IMG/VR virus record: IMGVR_UViG_3300029911_000001
Location: 1-64,000 of that record
Strand: one strand, 5' to 3'
DNA length: 64,000 nucleotides
Shown piece by piece: positions 19,316-29,447 of the stretch. How positions within the stretch are numbered: the stretch's first letter is position 1; every line of letters starts with the position of its first letter. The notes under the pieces are model-generated. The model was not told where the DNA came from. It saw only the letters and a program-made list of their open reading frames with translations, and ran no database searches. Both the position numbers and the translations under genes were made by a program.

Positions 19316-20749
19316 CTAATTAATATTCAGTGAGAAGCGTTTCTTCCCGCTATCCCAAATACGATACCATCCCTTGGCTTCCGCTTCGGATTTCTCATCC
19401 ATGCCTGCCTTGACCCTTAGAGCGTACTTGCTTTTACGAACTGAACCGTTGGTGTACGAGTAATCCGGCTTTAACTCCTCTTCGAATGTGAACCCCAGCT
19501 TTCCATAGAGCCCACCCGTGTGAAACCGATTATCACTAAAGGTGACCATTCGCTTGAATCCCATAGAGCGTAGCTCAGGAAGAGCTAGATGAAGAGCCTT
19601 TTCATGAGGATTCCATGCTTTATATTCATGATTCCAACTAGCCCGATGCCACAGGATGACACCCTCTTCACGTTTCATAAAAACCCATACACCCACAAGT
19701 TGGGTACCATGGTGGGCAGTCACCGTCAGGCCACCGGATGCGGCTCCGAGGTAATGGTACGCATCTAGAAAGGTTCGAGCTTCAAATGGAGTTTCATGAT
19801 GGATAGCAAAAACCGGCTTGATGCGCTTCCCACTCCGGGGTTGAATCATCGAACGTACGAGTGCCTTAACTACATCAGGTTTCTCATTCCACTCATCCTG
19901 ATAAATCTGGAGAAGGCGGGTTGCGCCCTGTTGTAACCACTGAAACTTATCGGCGTCTTTAGACCCTTGAAGGTATCTCTCCGAGTGCCATATCAGTCCA
20001 TGGTACTCAATAGCTAACGAGGCCGAAGGAACGTAGATATCCACTGTATGTCGTCTGGAAAACTGGGGAACCAAAGAGGACAAAGGGACTTCCATCTCTA
20101 CCGGAACGTGGTATTCGTTACGAATGAAATCGGCAATATGGGTGGCTGGAGAGTTCGCCATCATACCCATTCGGTGACATCCACAGGACTTAATCAGTCC
20201 TTGTACGAGGGAGTCGCCGTAAACCACTGACGTGTTCCCGCAATCACAAGTCACATTCCACTGGTACTTCCCCCCCTGACCCACTCCATGTACAGTCGTT
20301 GTCGTAAGAGCGCCGAACCGCTGCCCTTCTATGTCCTTGAAGTTAGCGAGTGTGGCTTGTTCTCTCATGTAACAACCACATGAAGACGTGTGTCCACTAT
20401 TCAAGTGAGCAGTGGATACCAGTGCCATGCCCCCACATTCACAAGAGCACTGCCAGAATGACTGACCGTTATACGACCCCTCGTTACGTTGGTGGTCTAA
20501 TGTTATAACTAGAAGCCGTCCGAATTTCCTGCCCACCATACTGGGGATACGATTCTGGCGACTCTCTTTTACCAGACAACCACATGACTTGGATAACCCT
20601 CGCAGCACAGAAGCCCACGATATTTCTTTTGTTCCACCGCAGGAGCACACGAACCGATACTTCGTATGAGACACCCTAAGATTAAGAGGTAGGTTCTCCT
20701 GCTGAGGGTCAAGACGAAGTCGGTTCCACTGCATACCCAGCATATCCAT
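19316..20749 (-). CDS. putative homing endonuclease (Zn-ribbon repeats, PD-(D/E)XK-like nuclease, GNAT-like C-terminus)
   Basis: Three G.RFG.L.V/CxCG/SCGC repeats; VDIYVP..LAIEYHGLIWH; C-terminal FLDAYHYLG...TFSDNRF..G.LY..LGF. Confidence 0.75.
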   Translation of the reverse strand: MDMLGMQWNRLRLDPQQENLPLNLRVSHTKYRFVCSCGGTKEISWASVLRGLSKSCGCLVKESRQNRIPSMVGRKFGRLLVITLDHQRNEGSYNGQSFWQCSCECGGMALVSTAHLNSGHTSSCGCYMREQATLANFKDIEGQRFGALTTTTVHGVGQGGKYQWNVTCDCGNTSVVYGDSLVQGLIKSCGCHRMGMMANSPATHIADFIRNEYHVPVEMEVPLSSLVPQFSRRHTVDIYVPSASLAIEYHGLIWHSERYLQGSKDADKFQWLQQGATRLLQIYQDEWNEKPDVVKALVRSMIQPRSGKRIKPVFAIHHETPFEARTFLDAYHYLGAASGGLTVTAHHGTQLVGVWVFMKREEGVILWHRASWNHEYKAWNPHEKALHLALPELRSMGFKRMVTFSDNRFHTGGLYGKLGFTFEEELKPDYSYTNGSVRKSKYALRVKAGMDEKSEAEAKGWYRIWDSGKKRFSLNIN

Positions 20750-20759
20750 ACTAATACCC

Positions 20760-20795
20760 AAAAAGCGAAGGGACTGAGATTTCTCTCAGTCCCTT
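20760..20795 (-). terminator. intrinsic terminator after the major capsid gene
   Basis: 12-bp stem aagggactgaga/tctcagtccctt followed by a T-run on the minus strand. Confidence 0.75.
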
Positions 20796-20817
20796 TAACC
20801 TTATCTAGTCACCTAGA

Positions 20818-21774
20818 TTAGTTCTCGCCTACGTTCGGGGAAGCGAAGCGACCACTTACAGTCAGACGCTGTACGCCGGACGGGTTGAAGACCAAGAAGC
20901 CGAGGTTCTCGAAGATGGAGAAACCAATCTGGCGGAGGTCAGGACGGTCTGCACTCATGACGGTTAGCGGGATACGCTCTGGGATGACACCGAGGAACTC
21001 AGCGTCGGCCAGAATGTACACGCAGCCATAACCAACCTTACGGGACTGGAGCAGAGTTGCGCCCCACAGGTAACCCATAACACCGGTCTTCAAGAGCTTG
21101 CGCTGTGTCTCACGGTCGATGTTCTGCTGTGTCCACTTGAGCAAGTCAGTGTAGTCGCGGGGGTTGAAGAAGCAGAAAGCCACCGAGAGGTCGTGACGCT
21201 GAACCTGACCGAAACCATCAGCCATGCTGTTGATGTCGATAGGAGCCGAAATCGCGATGTCCACGTTGTACACGGGGTCGGTCTGCGCCTTGCCTGCTGC
21301 GGCAGTTGCAACCGCGTCAAACAGGGTGAAAACGTAGCCGTCTTCTGCTGCACCGACTTCAGCCTTCGCCAAGTTAAGCGAATGGGCCACGAGGTCGAAG
21401 CGGCGTTCCTTAATCTGGGTGATAGGAATCATCGGGTTGGATACGATTTCGAACGTCGGAACCGTAACACGCTTCGGCTTTGTCACGCGAACGATGTCAC
21501 CACCTTCTTCACCGACGACGAAGGCTTCCACGAAGCTACCACCGGGGGCCGAGCCCACAGTCATAGCAGCAGTGTCAAATTCCTTATCGTAGATGGGCAG
21601 AGCACCATCGGGCAAAGTCTCAACCATCAGCGCCTTACGGGCGATGGACATATAGTCACGACGACGACGAAGTGACGGGCCAAGCGAGGCAGCAAGCTTC
21701 TGACGACCACCGGCAGTCTTAAGCAACTGTCCGAGCATCGCGGTCTGCTGCTGTGTGCGAGAAAGATTAGCCAT
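20818..21774 (-). CDS. major capsid protein (HK97 fold)
   Basis: 318 aa; RKALMVETLPDGALPIYDK and IGFSIFENLGFLVFNP; order protease-scaffold-decoration-MCP; strong codon bias; followed by a terminator. Confidence 0.85.
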   Translation of the reverse strand: MANLSRTQQQTAMLGQLLKTAGGRQKLAASLGPSLRRRRDYMSIARKALMVETLPDGALPIYDKEFDTAAMTVGSAPGGSFVEAFVVGEEGGDIVRVTKPKRVTVPTFEIVSNPMIPITQIKERRFDLVAHSLNLAKAEVGAAEDGYVFTLFDAVATAAAGKAQTDPVYNVDIAISAPIDINSMADGFGQVQRHDLSVAFCFFNPRDYTDLLKWTQQNIDRETQRKLLKTGVMGYLWGATLLQSRKVGYGCVYILADAEFLGVIPERIPLTVMSADRPDLRQIGFSIFENLGFLVFNPSGVQRLTVSGRFASPNVGEN

Positions 21775-21798
21775 AATATTCCTTTTCCTTTTCTCTCG

Positions 21799-22530
21799 TT
21801 AGAGCAGTGAAGCTACGCCAAGCCAAGGCTCAGCAGCGGAAGGAACATGGGTGCAGATACCGACCGCAGGATTGCCAGAAAGCGTTCCCTTGTTGGTGGT
21901 GTCGGTGTACAGACCAATGTTGCTGTGAGTGGTTCCACCACAGTAGATGTACTTACCGATAACAAACGTCGGCGAGTTCACTGTGTCGTAAGACTCAGAG
22001 TTGACGTTGCCCTGAAACAGGGCGCGGACAATAGGAGCCTTCTTGGAACCGGAGGGACCAATCGCACCAGCGAATTCGCCGGGACCATTGAGCAGGACGC
22101 CAAAGGGCACAAGTGCCGCAGCGGTGTCAGTGTCGGCGGGAACGATGACAGCTTCCAGCGAGGTGTTGACAGCAGGAACCTTGAGGGCAACAATCTTGCC
22201 ACCGAGGTACCCAGCCGCAGTCAACGTCTGCTGGTCAGTGCCGGGGTCACCCGTGAGCACAACGTCAGGCGACCACTGAGAGTCGTTCTGTCCGTAATAC
22301 CTATGTGTTATCCACTTTCGTGGAGGTAGGGCATTTCTGCCTACCTCTTATAGTTCACTATTTCCTATAAGAGCGGACTATCGCATCACCGTTTAGGTGC
22401 CCTCTCGCTTAGTCTCTCAGGCTGCACAGTAACTGTTTGTTACTTGCTTGCCCCCTGTTGGCATCTCAGCTTCCAAGTCGATCAGAGTGGGTTTATACTG
22501 GCCTAGCTATTAAGTCAGTTTAAGAGCCAT
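21799..22530 (-). CDS. capsid decoration/stabilising protein, spliced (exon 1 22530-22513, exon 2 22299-21799; 172 aa)
   Basis: GGAG RBS then MALKLT joins in frame to YYGQNDSQWSPDVVLTGDPG after intron removal; immediately upstream of MCP. Confidence 0.8.
22300..22512 (-). mobile_element. group I intron, 213 nt, no ORF
   Basis: Exon ends in U paired to G in P1 (ACTGACT/GGCCAGT); terminal omega-G; P10 TAATA/TATTA; core GAGAGACTA and GATAGTCC elements. Confidence 0.88.
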
Positions 22531-22734
22531 TTTGACTTTTTCTCCATGTAGAAGTTTTGAATTAGCCCTCACTCCAATTCTTAGTCGAGGAGACCGACCG
22601 TTGAACTATAGAGCAGTGACTTACTTCACATACCTATGGGGTGGGTATTGGGAGAAAGCTAGACTTACATTAAATTTTAATTTTATGCCCGTTTTTCTGT
22701 CCATAATAAATAAGTGAACTACCTATACCTTAGT

Positions 22735-23412
22735 ATGTTCATATACCTAGTTACCAACACGATAAACGGCAAAGCCTACATTGGAAAAACCTCGAAAACC
22801 GTCAAGGGACGGTGGGAAACCCACCTTCAGAACGCAAAGATGGGGTTGCCCTACCATCTATACCGAGCTATTCGAAAGTATGGGGTTGACGCTTTTCATG
22901 TACAGACTATCGCAGAATGTAATAACTCAGAACAGTTGAGCGAGTTGGAGAAGATGTGGATTTTGTTACTAGGTACTCACAGCACCAAATATGGGTACAA
23001 TATGACCTATGGAGGTGAGGGGGTTACCGGAACTGAGGAGGTGCGTGAAAAAATTAGACAAAAGGCCATGGGTCGGATTCCGTCTAAAAAACAGAGAGCA
23101 GTTGCGTCAGCCCTCTTCAAGGGTAAGCCAAAGCCTATAATTCAGCGGAAGAAAATGGCTGCTTGGTGGGATGAGACCACACCTATAGGCCAAGCTAGAC
23201 GTAGTAAACAGGCGTTGGTAGCCCGTCGCGTCAATGACATTGAAAACAAGAAACTGAAGGACTACCTATGCCCTGACTGCGGGAATGAGTTTGAGCAAGT
23301 TACCAAAGGCGTATACGGTGGGCACCGTAAGGCGTGCCTACACTGGAAGAGAATGTCTGAGATTGTCGAAGAAGAAATTGGGCTGACCCTAGACGAGGTA
23401 CTAGACTCCTAG
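22735..23412 (+). CDS. GIY-YIG homing endonuclease
   Basis: FIYLVTNTINGKAYIGKT...RW..H...GYNMTYGGEG plus NUMOD-like tail. Confidence 0.9.
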   Translation: MFIYLVTNTINGKAYIGKTSKTVKGRWETHLQNAKMGLPYHLYRAIRKYGVDAFHVQTIAECNNSEQLSELEKMWILLLGTHSTKYGYNMTYGGEGVTGTEEVREKIRQKAMGRIPSKKQRAVASALFKGKPKPIIQRKKMAAWWDETTPIGQARRSKQALVARRVNDIENKKLKDYLCPDCGNEFEQVTKGVYGGHRKACLHWKRMSEIVEEEIGLTLDEVLDS

Positions 23413-23509
23413 CGAAGTTTTTTCTTTATCGAGTTCCCGCAAAGCTTGGTATCTACTACTGTGAGGGCGAAAGCCCAGCTTTACGTCTAGTCTAGTCAAA
23501 AGGAAATAT

Positions 23510-23779
23510 ATGAATCAGCCATCCGATGTGTTCTACACGGTCGTCTACGAGGACAACTCTATCAAGAAGCCACACCGCCGCCAGAAGTTCACTGGCTATG
23601 TAACCACAAAAGACATGAGGGCACTTTTTGGTGCCCCTTCACCCCAGTTGTTCAGGAATTGGGATGAGGCCAAGGAGCTACTGGACATTGCCAACCGGGA
23701 CTTGGGAGTAAAGGGAGTAAATCCGACGTTCTCCGTCTTCATCATGACCTTCCGGCTCACCGAGCTGGGTGGTCGGTGA
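23510..23779 (+). CDS. hypothetical protein
   Basis: 89 aa with AAGGA RBS. Confidence 0.6.
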   Translation: MNQPSDVFYTVVYEDNSIKKPHRRQKFTGYVTTKDMRALFGAPSPQLFRNWDEAKELLDIANRDLGVKGVNPTFSVFIMTFRLTELGGR

Positions 23780-23958
23780 CGCGGGGGAGAACCGCATCCG
23801 GGATGCACGCCGCGTAGGCTATCAAGGATTTGGTGAAGTCGAGTTTCCGTTCGCAGTTGAGCGACGTTCACCGTGATGCATATGAAGACCCTGACTGTGA
23901 GTCGGCTGAGGGCTCTTATGAGAAAGACATTCTGGACGACTAAGGAGAAACAAACATT

Positions 23959-24249
23959 ATGGGTTTTTGGAAAGACACGCTCAGGGACAGCCTTCGTCCC
24001 GTATCACTTCTCTTCTCAGCACTTGGTATCCTCTTGCCGTACTACCTCCTCGTATTTATCGCACCCCAGCACTGTGTGAGGATTGCTGTCGGGGTTCTCA
24101 TCGCTAACCTTGTGGGCTATGCCGAAGGCCGGAGCAGAAACGATAGGAAGAAGTCGGAGAAGGCAGTATGTTCCCGGTTCCACAGGGAAGATGACGATGA
24201 TACCTATGACGATAACTGCCCTTGCTGTCACGACCGTCCCAGCGTATAA
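23959..24249 (+). CDS. small two-TM membrane protein
   Basis: TAAGGAG RBS; two hydrophobic segments; Cys/Asp-rich tail. Confidence 0.65.
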   Translation: MGFWKDTLRDSLRPVSLLFSALGILLPYYLLVFIAPQHCVRIAVGVLIANLVGYAEGRSRNDRKKSEKAVCSRFHREDDDDTYDDNCPCCHDRPSV

Positions 24250-24252
24250 GGC

Positions 24253-24292
24253 AAAAGAAAACGCCCCGATACTCTCGGGGCGTTCCTGTTTC
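24253..24292. terminator. bidirectional terminator between convergent genes
   Basis: aacgccccga-tactc-tcggggcgtt flanked by A- and T-rich tracts. Confidence 0.7.
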
Positions 24293-24306
24293 TGTTGTAC
24301 AGAGGG

Positions 24307-26511
24307 TTAGTTGTCGTCGGAGCCGAAAAGTGCCTGACCGATGTCGAACTTAGGGGCACCAACGGTCGGGCCACCAGCGGTACGAATCTTCTTCAGGATG
24401 GGAGCGGAAGCAGCCTTGGGAAGTTTAAGCTCGTTGGTCGAGTCCTGCTTCACACGCTTGGCACCCTGCTCTTCGGGGGTGATGTCCTCGATGGTCTCTG
24501 CCCACAGGTCGCCCGAGTGGTCGTTCTCATTGTCGCGGCCTTCACCGGTGGCTTCGTCGGACTCAAAGTGGTTGGCAGCTTCCCCGGTTGAGGACGGAAC
24601 AATGTCGAACCCGTCAACACCGGCAGCTTCCTTCAGACCAGCGATGAGAGAGGCAAGCGGATCACCGTCAGAGCCCTGCAAGGAGAACATGTCGTGCATG
24701 TCGCCCATGCCGTCGTCGTCCATCGAGGCTCCAAGGTTGCCAGAGGGAGCGAAGAAATCGTCCTCACCAGCAGCAGACTTCTCTTCACCCTCGTTCGCCA
24801 AGGAAGCGGCCTTCTCTTCCATCGCGTCGGCGTCGAATACCTTGGAGAAGTCGAGTTCGTCACCCTCTGGGTCACCTTCCACTACTTCGCCGTCGAGACC
24901 TTCGATTTCGCCTTCGCCTTCGCCTTCCATACCACCAAGTGCCTCTTCCTCACCCTCAAGTTTGGCGAGGTCAAGTTCCTCATCCCCCTCTTCAAGGATT
25001 TCACTTTCGATAGCCTTGATAGCAGCCTGAGCTTCGTCAATCTTCTCTTCGAGAACCTGCTTCTTCTCGTCGGTCAGAATTTCTGTTGCTTCACCCTCTG
25101 GGTCGCCGGGAACTTCTTCGGGAAACTCAGCCGGAGCTTCGATTTCACCTTCGACAGGTGCAGCAGCTTCCTCTACAGGAGCGGCCTCTGCGGGAGCAGC
25201 GGTCTCTTCAGCAGGAGGGAACTCGCCGTCAGCCTTCTTGGTGGAAGCCTTCTTGCCCTTGCAGTCGGCGTTGGTGCAGCCCTTGCAATCCTTGCCTTCG
25301 CAAGCGGTCTTCTTGGCAGCAGCCTTCTCGGTCTTGCCATCGGACAAATTCTGGGTCTGACCCGGCTTCTCGCCAGCGTCGGGACGCTCAGCAGCCTTGG
25401 ATGCGTCAATCTCCTTCGGCTCAGAGCCGTCGCGACCGTCATCATAGGTGCCTTCCTGAGGTCCGTTTTCTTTACGGTCGTCAGCCTTCTTGACGTTGGC
25501 GTTCTTCGCATCACCACTGAGTTCCGAGGACACAGCCGACTTCTCGGACTTGAGAACGGACGGGTCTTCGAGCAAGTCGTTCAACTCGACCTTGTGGACT
25601 TCCTTGAAAGTCTCAGCAAGCTTCTGATAGTGCGCGTTGATAGCGGTCTGACGGAGCATAGCCTTGATGGCTTTTGTGCTGTTGCCCGAAAGAAGAGAAG
25701 CCGCGAGAGACTTCTGTACAGAAGTCGGTGCCGTGGGAAGCATAGTCTTGGCGATAGCCCAAGCTGAAGCTACACGGGTCTTTGCTTCCTTCGAAATTGC
25801 CTCCCGCTTGTTCTTAACCTCAGCCAGCTTTTCCTTCAGCGAGAGGTTGTTCGTATTTGCCATGTGAGTATCGCCTTTCTTCAAGTGAGAGGAGTCAGCA
25901 GCAGACCCCTTCTTATCAGAAGTTTCATAGTTGTTTTTTTGTTTGGTTTGTGCATTTTTGTTGCTTGCCACAGGTGCTTCGAGTGGTTCAGCCGGTGGAG
26001 CATCCATCGCCGCGTCGGGCATTGGCTCCAAAGCTGTATCACCTTCTGGCGTGGCAACAGATGCATCCGCTGCCGGAACTTCGGGGGTGGGGGGTACTTC
26101 CGGCAAGGCCGGTGCCTCGGGAGCCATCGGAGCAGCGGGAGCCGCGAGGGCATCAGGAGCCATAGGCATGTCGGGGGACATCATGTCCATACCCGCATCA
26201 TCACCATCGGCGATAGTTGCAAACTGTGAGTCGAGAGCGTTTAGCTCAGTCTGTACATCATCAGACCAACCCGAACCTTTGAACTTCTCCCACTCGGAGA
26301 TAAGCTGTACCCGTTCACGCATAGCGCGAATCTCGGTTTCGAGTTCCTCACGTTTATCGGTGAGCAAGCTGAACTGCTCCATACCCTCGCCCTGAGGCAT
26401 AGAGGCATCAAGGTCAGCGAATTCGTTATCGAGCATGTCCAGTTCAGCGAACTTAGCCTTGACGTTCGCGATAACCTTGAGAATTGATTGTGTTGCTTCT
26501 TTGTTTGCCAT
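24307..26511 (-). CDS. putative capsid scaffold protein
   Basis: 734 aa, very acidic coiled-coil/low-complexity; directly downstream of the protease; K-x-A motifs. Confidence 0.65.
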   Translation of the reverse strand: MANKEATQSILKVIANVKAKFAELDMLDNEFADLDASMPQGEGMEQFSLLTDKREELETEIRAMRERVQLISEWEKFKGSGWSDDVQTELNALDSQFATIADGDDAGMDMMSPDMPMAPDALAAPAAPMAPEAPALPEVPPTPEVPAADASVATPEGDTALEPMPDAAMDAPPAEPLEAPVASNKNAQTKQKNNYETSDKKGSAADSSHLKKGDTHMANTNNLSLKEKLAEVKNKREAISKEAKTRVASAWAIAKTMLPTAPTSVQKSLAASLLSGNSTKAIKAMLRQTAINAHYQKLAETFKEVHKVELNDLLEDPSVLKSEKSAVSSELSGDAKNANVKKADDRKENGPQEGTYDDGRDGSEPKEIDASKAAERPDAGEKPGQTQNLSDGKTEKAAAKKTACEGKDCKGCTNADCKGKKASTKKADGEFPPAEETAAPAEAAPVEEAAAPVEGEIEAPAEFPEEVPGDPEGEATEILTDEKKQVLEEKIDEAQAAIKAIESEILEEGDEELDLAKLEGEEEALGGMEGEGEGEIEGLDGEVVEGDPEGDELDFSKVFDADAMEEKAASLANEGEEKSAAGEDDFFAPSGNLGASMDDDGMGDMHDMFSLQGSDGDPLASLIAGLKEAAGVDGFDIVPSSTGEAANHFESDEATGEGRDNENDHSGDLWAETIEDITPEEQGAKRVKQDSTNELKLPKAASAPILKKIRTAGGPTVGAPKFDIGQALFGSDDN

Positions 26512-27401
26512 TAGCGTATGCTTCTCCCACGAAGGTCATCTTCTTGCATTAAAACCTCGCCTAAATTAGGTGTCCGATATTCACTATCTTCTGACGCTGC
26601 TTTCGTAATCCCATCCAAACTGCTTGATTTGCGGGTGTAGGGAGTCTTAGGGCCGACCCATTCATCAGAAACGATTGACCGCTTAACTGCTCCGGGGAAG
26701 GCCGGGGTACCTACCCACGAGGCTTCCACGAACTTGACTCCACCGTTGGGCAAAGTGTGATGACCACAGAGTTCACCTACACGACGAGAGATGCCGTCAT
26801 CATCTAATAGAAATTGGCCCTTCTGGAAGTTTAAATGAACACAATAAGAACTCTGATCGGTTACATGGGCTCCGCAAAAGGAGCAGATAACAAGGTCAGT
26901 CACGCAGCCCATCGACAGGTAACGAACTTCACCATTGCGAATGTCATTGATGAGCTTCTCGTGAGCAAGGTCGGTAGCAACAAGAATGTCGCAGAAGTAA
27001 ACCCAATCTTCAGCTTCTGGGCCAAGATGAATCTTGCGGAGCACCGAGTCAAGAATATGGCCTTTCGCATACTTCGAATTTTGGAAGTGTTCAACGAAGT
27101 TGAAGGCACCAACGAAGGAGCGGTGCGACAGGCGCAAAACCGGGTTGGACCAACCGTCGTCGTTGTTGTTGAAAAGATGAGAGGAGGAGGGGCGCACCAA
27201 ATAGTCGAAAGGTGGTGCCTCTGTGGCTAAACTGCTCATAATTGTGCAGTGAGACAAAAGGTATTTACTTTGATCCGCTGCGATTTTATTGAAGGCGGCG
27301 GTTTTCTGCCCAAACGTACGGGTGCCATACAGCTTGCTCCAATCCTGTGTACTCAGGATAGGTTCTTTAAGTTCCGCGTTGGCTATCTTCTCGAATGACA
27401 T
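26511..27401 (-). CDS. prohead (capsid maturation) protease
   Basis: FVEH...KGHILDS, YLSMGC, CSFCG..YCVH and FVEASWVGTPAF motifs; head-module position. Confidence 0.8.
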   Translation of the reverse strand: MSFEKIANAELKEPILSTQDWSKLYGTRTFGQKTAAFNKIAADQSKYLLSHCTIMSSLATEAPPFDYLVRPSSSHLFNNNDDGWSNPVLRLSHRSFVGAFNFVEHFQNSKYAKGHILDSVLRKIHLGPEAEDWVYFCDILVATDLAHEKLINDIRNGEVRYLSMGCVTDLVICSFCGAHVTDQSSYCVHLNFQKGQFLLDDDGISRRVGELCGHHTLPNGGVKFVEASWVGTPAFPGAVKRSIVSDEWVGPKTPYTRKSSSLDGITKAASEDSEYRTPNLGEVLMQEDDLRGRSIR

Positions 27402-27439
27402 ACTACTTAGAGGATACGTAGTTCACTTTCTTTGGGTTC

Positions 27440-29446
27440 TCACATCGCAAAAAAGCATCCGCAATCGACACACTCAACCAAGCTGCCATCTTCTGCGTCC
27501 GAATTTTCAAACTTTTTTACGTTCTGGCTGGAGCACGCCGGACACACTTGGTTGACCCCATCCTCAGTAAGCGGGACAAAGCCCGTTGTGGAAGGAAACG
27601 AAGTAGCCGTGCTCCCTTTGATTTTCAAAGTATCCATGAACCACTTATCGAACTTGCTGCGGGGGGTGTACTTCTTGGGATTCGAAGGTGAGGGAGTTAC
27701 CGGCTCATCTTCCTCTTCTCCAAACTCGGGAACCCCTGCCGCTTCTAGCAGTTCGTCACCCGGCTCGATATGGTCGGCCAAGTCCTGTAGCTCCATGAGT
27801 TCACCTTGGCTGATAGATTCAGCTTGAAGCTGACTTCTCAGGTACTCCAGACGGTCTTGAATCGAGGGTGTGGTGGTTCCTCCCAGCGGCTTACCATAGA
27901 GAGTACCCATAGACCCCCCTTCATCATCGTCCTCATCATCATCCTCATAGTCCCACTGGATAGCGGTCTTGTCAGTAGCAAGAACCGTGTTCAGAAGCTG
28001 TTGCTCAGCCGTGGGCGGAGCTTGTATCTGTTGCTGGGGTACTGGCGTGGGCGGGGCTTGTATCTGTTGCTGGGGTACTGGCGTAGGAACGTCAGCAATG
28101 CCTTCCTTGACTTCATCCTTCGCACCCTCGTCAAGGTGACGGCGCATGTCGTTACGGGGCGGGAGACTCTTCGGGCTGGTCTTTTGCTCGATGTCGGCGG
28201 TGCGTACAAAGTAGTCTGGGTTGACTGCACCATTGACACGACGTGCGATGTCCTTAACATCTACCTGCGACCCCTTCTTGTGACCTACAATAAGTGTGAT
28301 ACCTTCGCTGGCTCCGAGAGATGAGAGCTTCTGTGTGGCTCTATGAATAGTGTATCCAGCCATCTCCAACGCTTCAGCCGATGCCTTCACAACGGTGCTT
28401 ATGGAAGGAGCGAACTCCTTGTCCACTGCACAAGAGAGGCGGAGCTTGACGGATGAAGTTGTCATCTGACGCAACTGTTCGAGAGGGTCAGGTACCATAC
28501 CCGGCTGCATCGGTTGTTGCACAGGCTGACCCGGAGGCGTAGGTTGACCCGGCTGCTGTTGCTGTTGACCCGTCTGTGTCTCCATACCGGTCTGCTGCTG
28601 ACCCTGAGGTAGCTGGGGCAGCGTGCCGGGGGGTGGTTGTAGGTCTTTCTGTGCAGGAGCAATGGTAGTGGACTCAGCAGACTGCGAACGCTGCTCTGGG
28701 GTCATGTGTGCGACACCCGGAGTTGCGTTGGGATTGGTAACCGGGGGGGTTACACCATAGGGTGTGCTGGTGCCATAGGACTGGGTAACGGCTATCTTAC
28801 CTCCCACTCGGCTCACAGCGAAGTCCTCATCGCCTTCCTTGAAGAAGGTAGCGTCTTCTATCTCATTCTCTACGGGCTGCACCAACTCATGAACGGGAGA
28901 CGCAGTGTGGATGCCACAGTCACCGGCCCGAGGGTCTTTCCTCTTCTTAGCATCGTAGGATGCATATACAAAATTATTGGGGATTCCAATCATGGATGAG
29001 GCTGGGATTGTAGGAGAATCCAAAGCACCCTGCTCCTGCTCTGTACCCTTCCCCATCATCTTGCCGTTCTGCGTGGTAAAGTCTGGGTCGGAGTGGTGCT
29101 GATGAGTCGCGTAATCTTCATCTGCGATTTGCTCAAGTAGAGCGTCAAGGGCGGTCTTGCTTGAGGCAAGGCGAATACCCAGCTTACTAGCTGACTCAAT
29201 AATCTGCTTGTACTTGTGGTCGCCAAGAAAGTCAGGCTCGTTCAGCTTCTTGCGTACTATCTCTTTGAATTGGGGACGTTCCTTCCACTCATTGAACACA
29301 CCACCGTTAGAAGGCGTAACGATGCTGAAGCCTTCCCTATTCGGGTTGCCTTCAGGGTCGGTAACTTTGAACGCCTTCCCGTACAACAAGTCGAAGTCGA
29401 GGGGAGTACGTGCGTCTTTTTGGAGAAGGGGATTCTTGGGCTTCAC
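27440..29446 (-). CDS. head-associated protein, low-complexity, with C-terminal Zn ribbon
   Basis: 668 aa; Q/P-rich segments; K/R-x-A motifs; CPAC..CVDC. Confidence 0.75.
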   Translation of the reverse strand: MKPKNPLLQKDARTPLDFDLLYGKAFKVTDPEGNPNREGFSIVTPSNGGVFNEWKERPQFKEIVRKKLNEPDFLGDHKYKQIIESASKLGIRLASSKTALDALLEQIADEDYATHQHHSDPDFTTQNGKMMGKGTEQEQGALDSPTIPASSMIGIPNNFVYASYDAKKRKDPRAGDCGIHTASPVHELVQPVENEIEDATFFKEGDEDFAVSRVGGKIAVTQSYGTSTPYGVTPPVTNPNATPGVAHMTPEQRSQSAESTTIAPAQKDLQPPPGTLPQLPQGQQQTGMETQTGQQQQQPGQPTPPGQPVQQPMQPGMVPDPLEQLRQMTTSSVKLRLSCAVDKEFAPSISTVVKASAEALEMAGYTIHRATQKLSSLGASEGITLIVGHKKGSQVDVKDIARRVNGAVNPDYFVRTADIEQKTSPKSLPPRNDMRRHLDEGAKDEVKEGIADVPTPVPQQQIQAPPTPVPQQQIQAPPTAEQQLLNTVLATDKTAIQWDYEDDDEDDDEGGSMGTLYGKPLGGTTTPSIQDRLEYLRSQLQAESISQGELMELQDLADHIEPGDELLEAAGVPEFGEEEDEPVTPSPSNPKKYTPRSKFDKWFMDTLKIKGSTATSFPSTTGFVPLTEDGVNQVCPACSSQNVKKFENSDAEDGSLVECVDCGCFFAM
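28011..28082. repeat. 36-nt in-frame tandem duplication (PTPVPQQQIQAP x2)
   Basis: gtgggcggRgcttgtatctgttgctggggtactggc occurs twice. Confidence 0.9.
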
Positions 29447-29447
29447 T

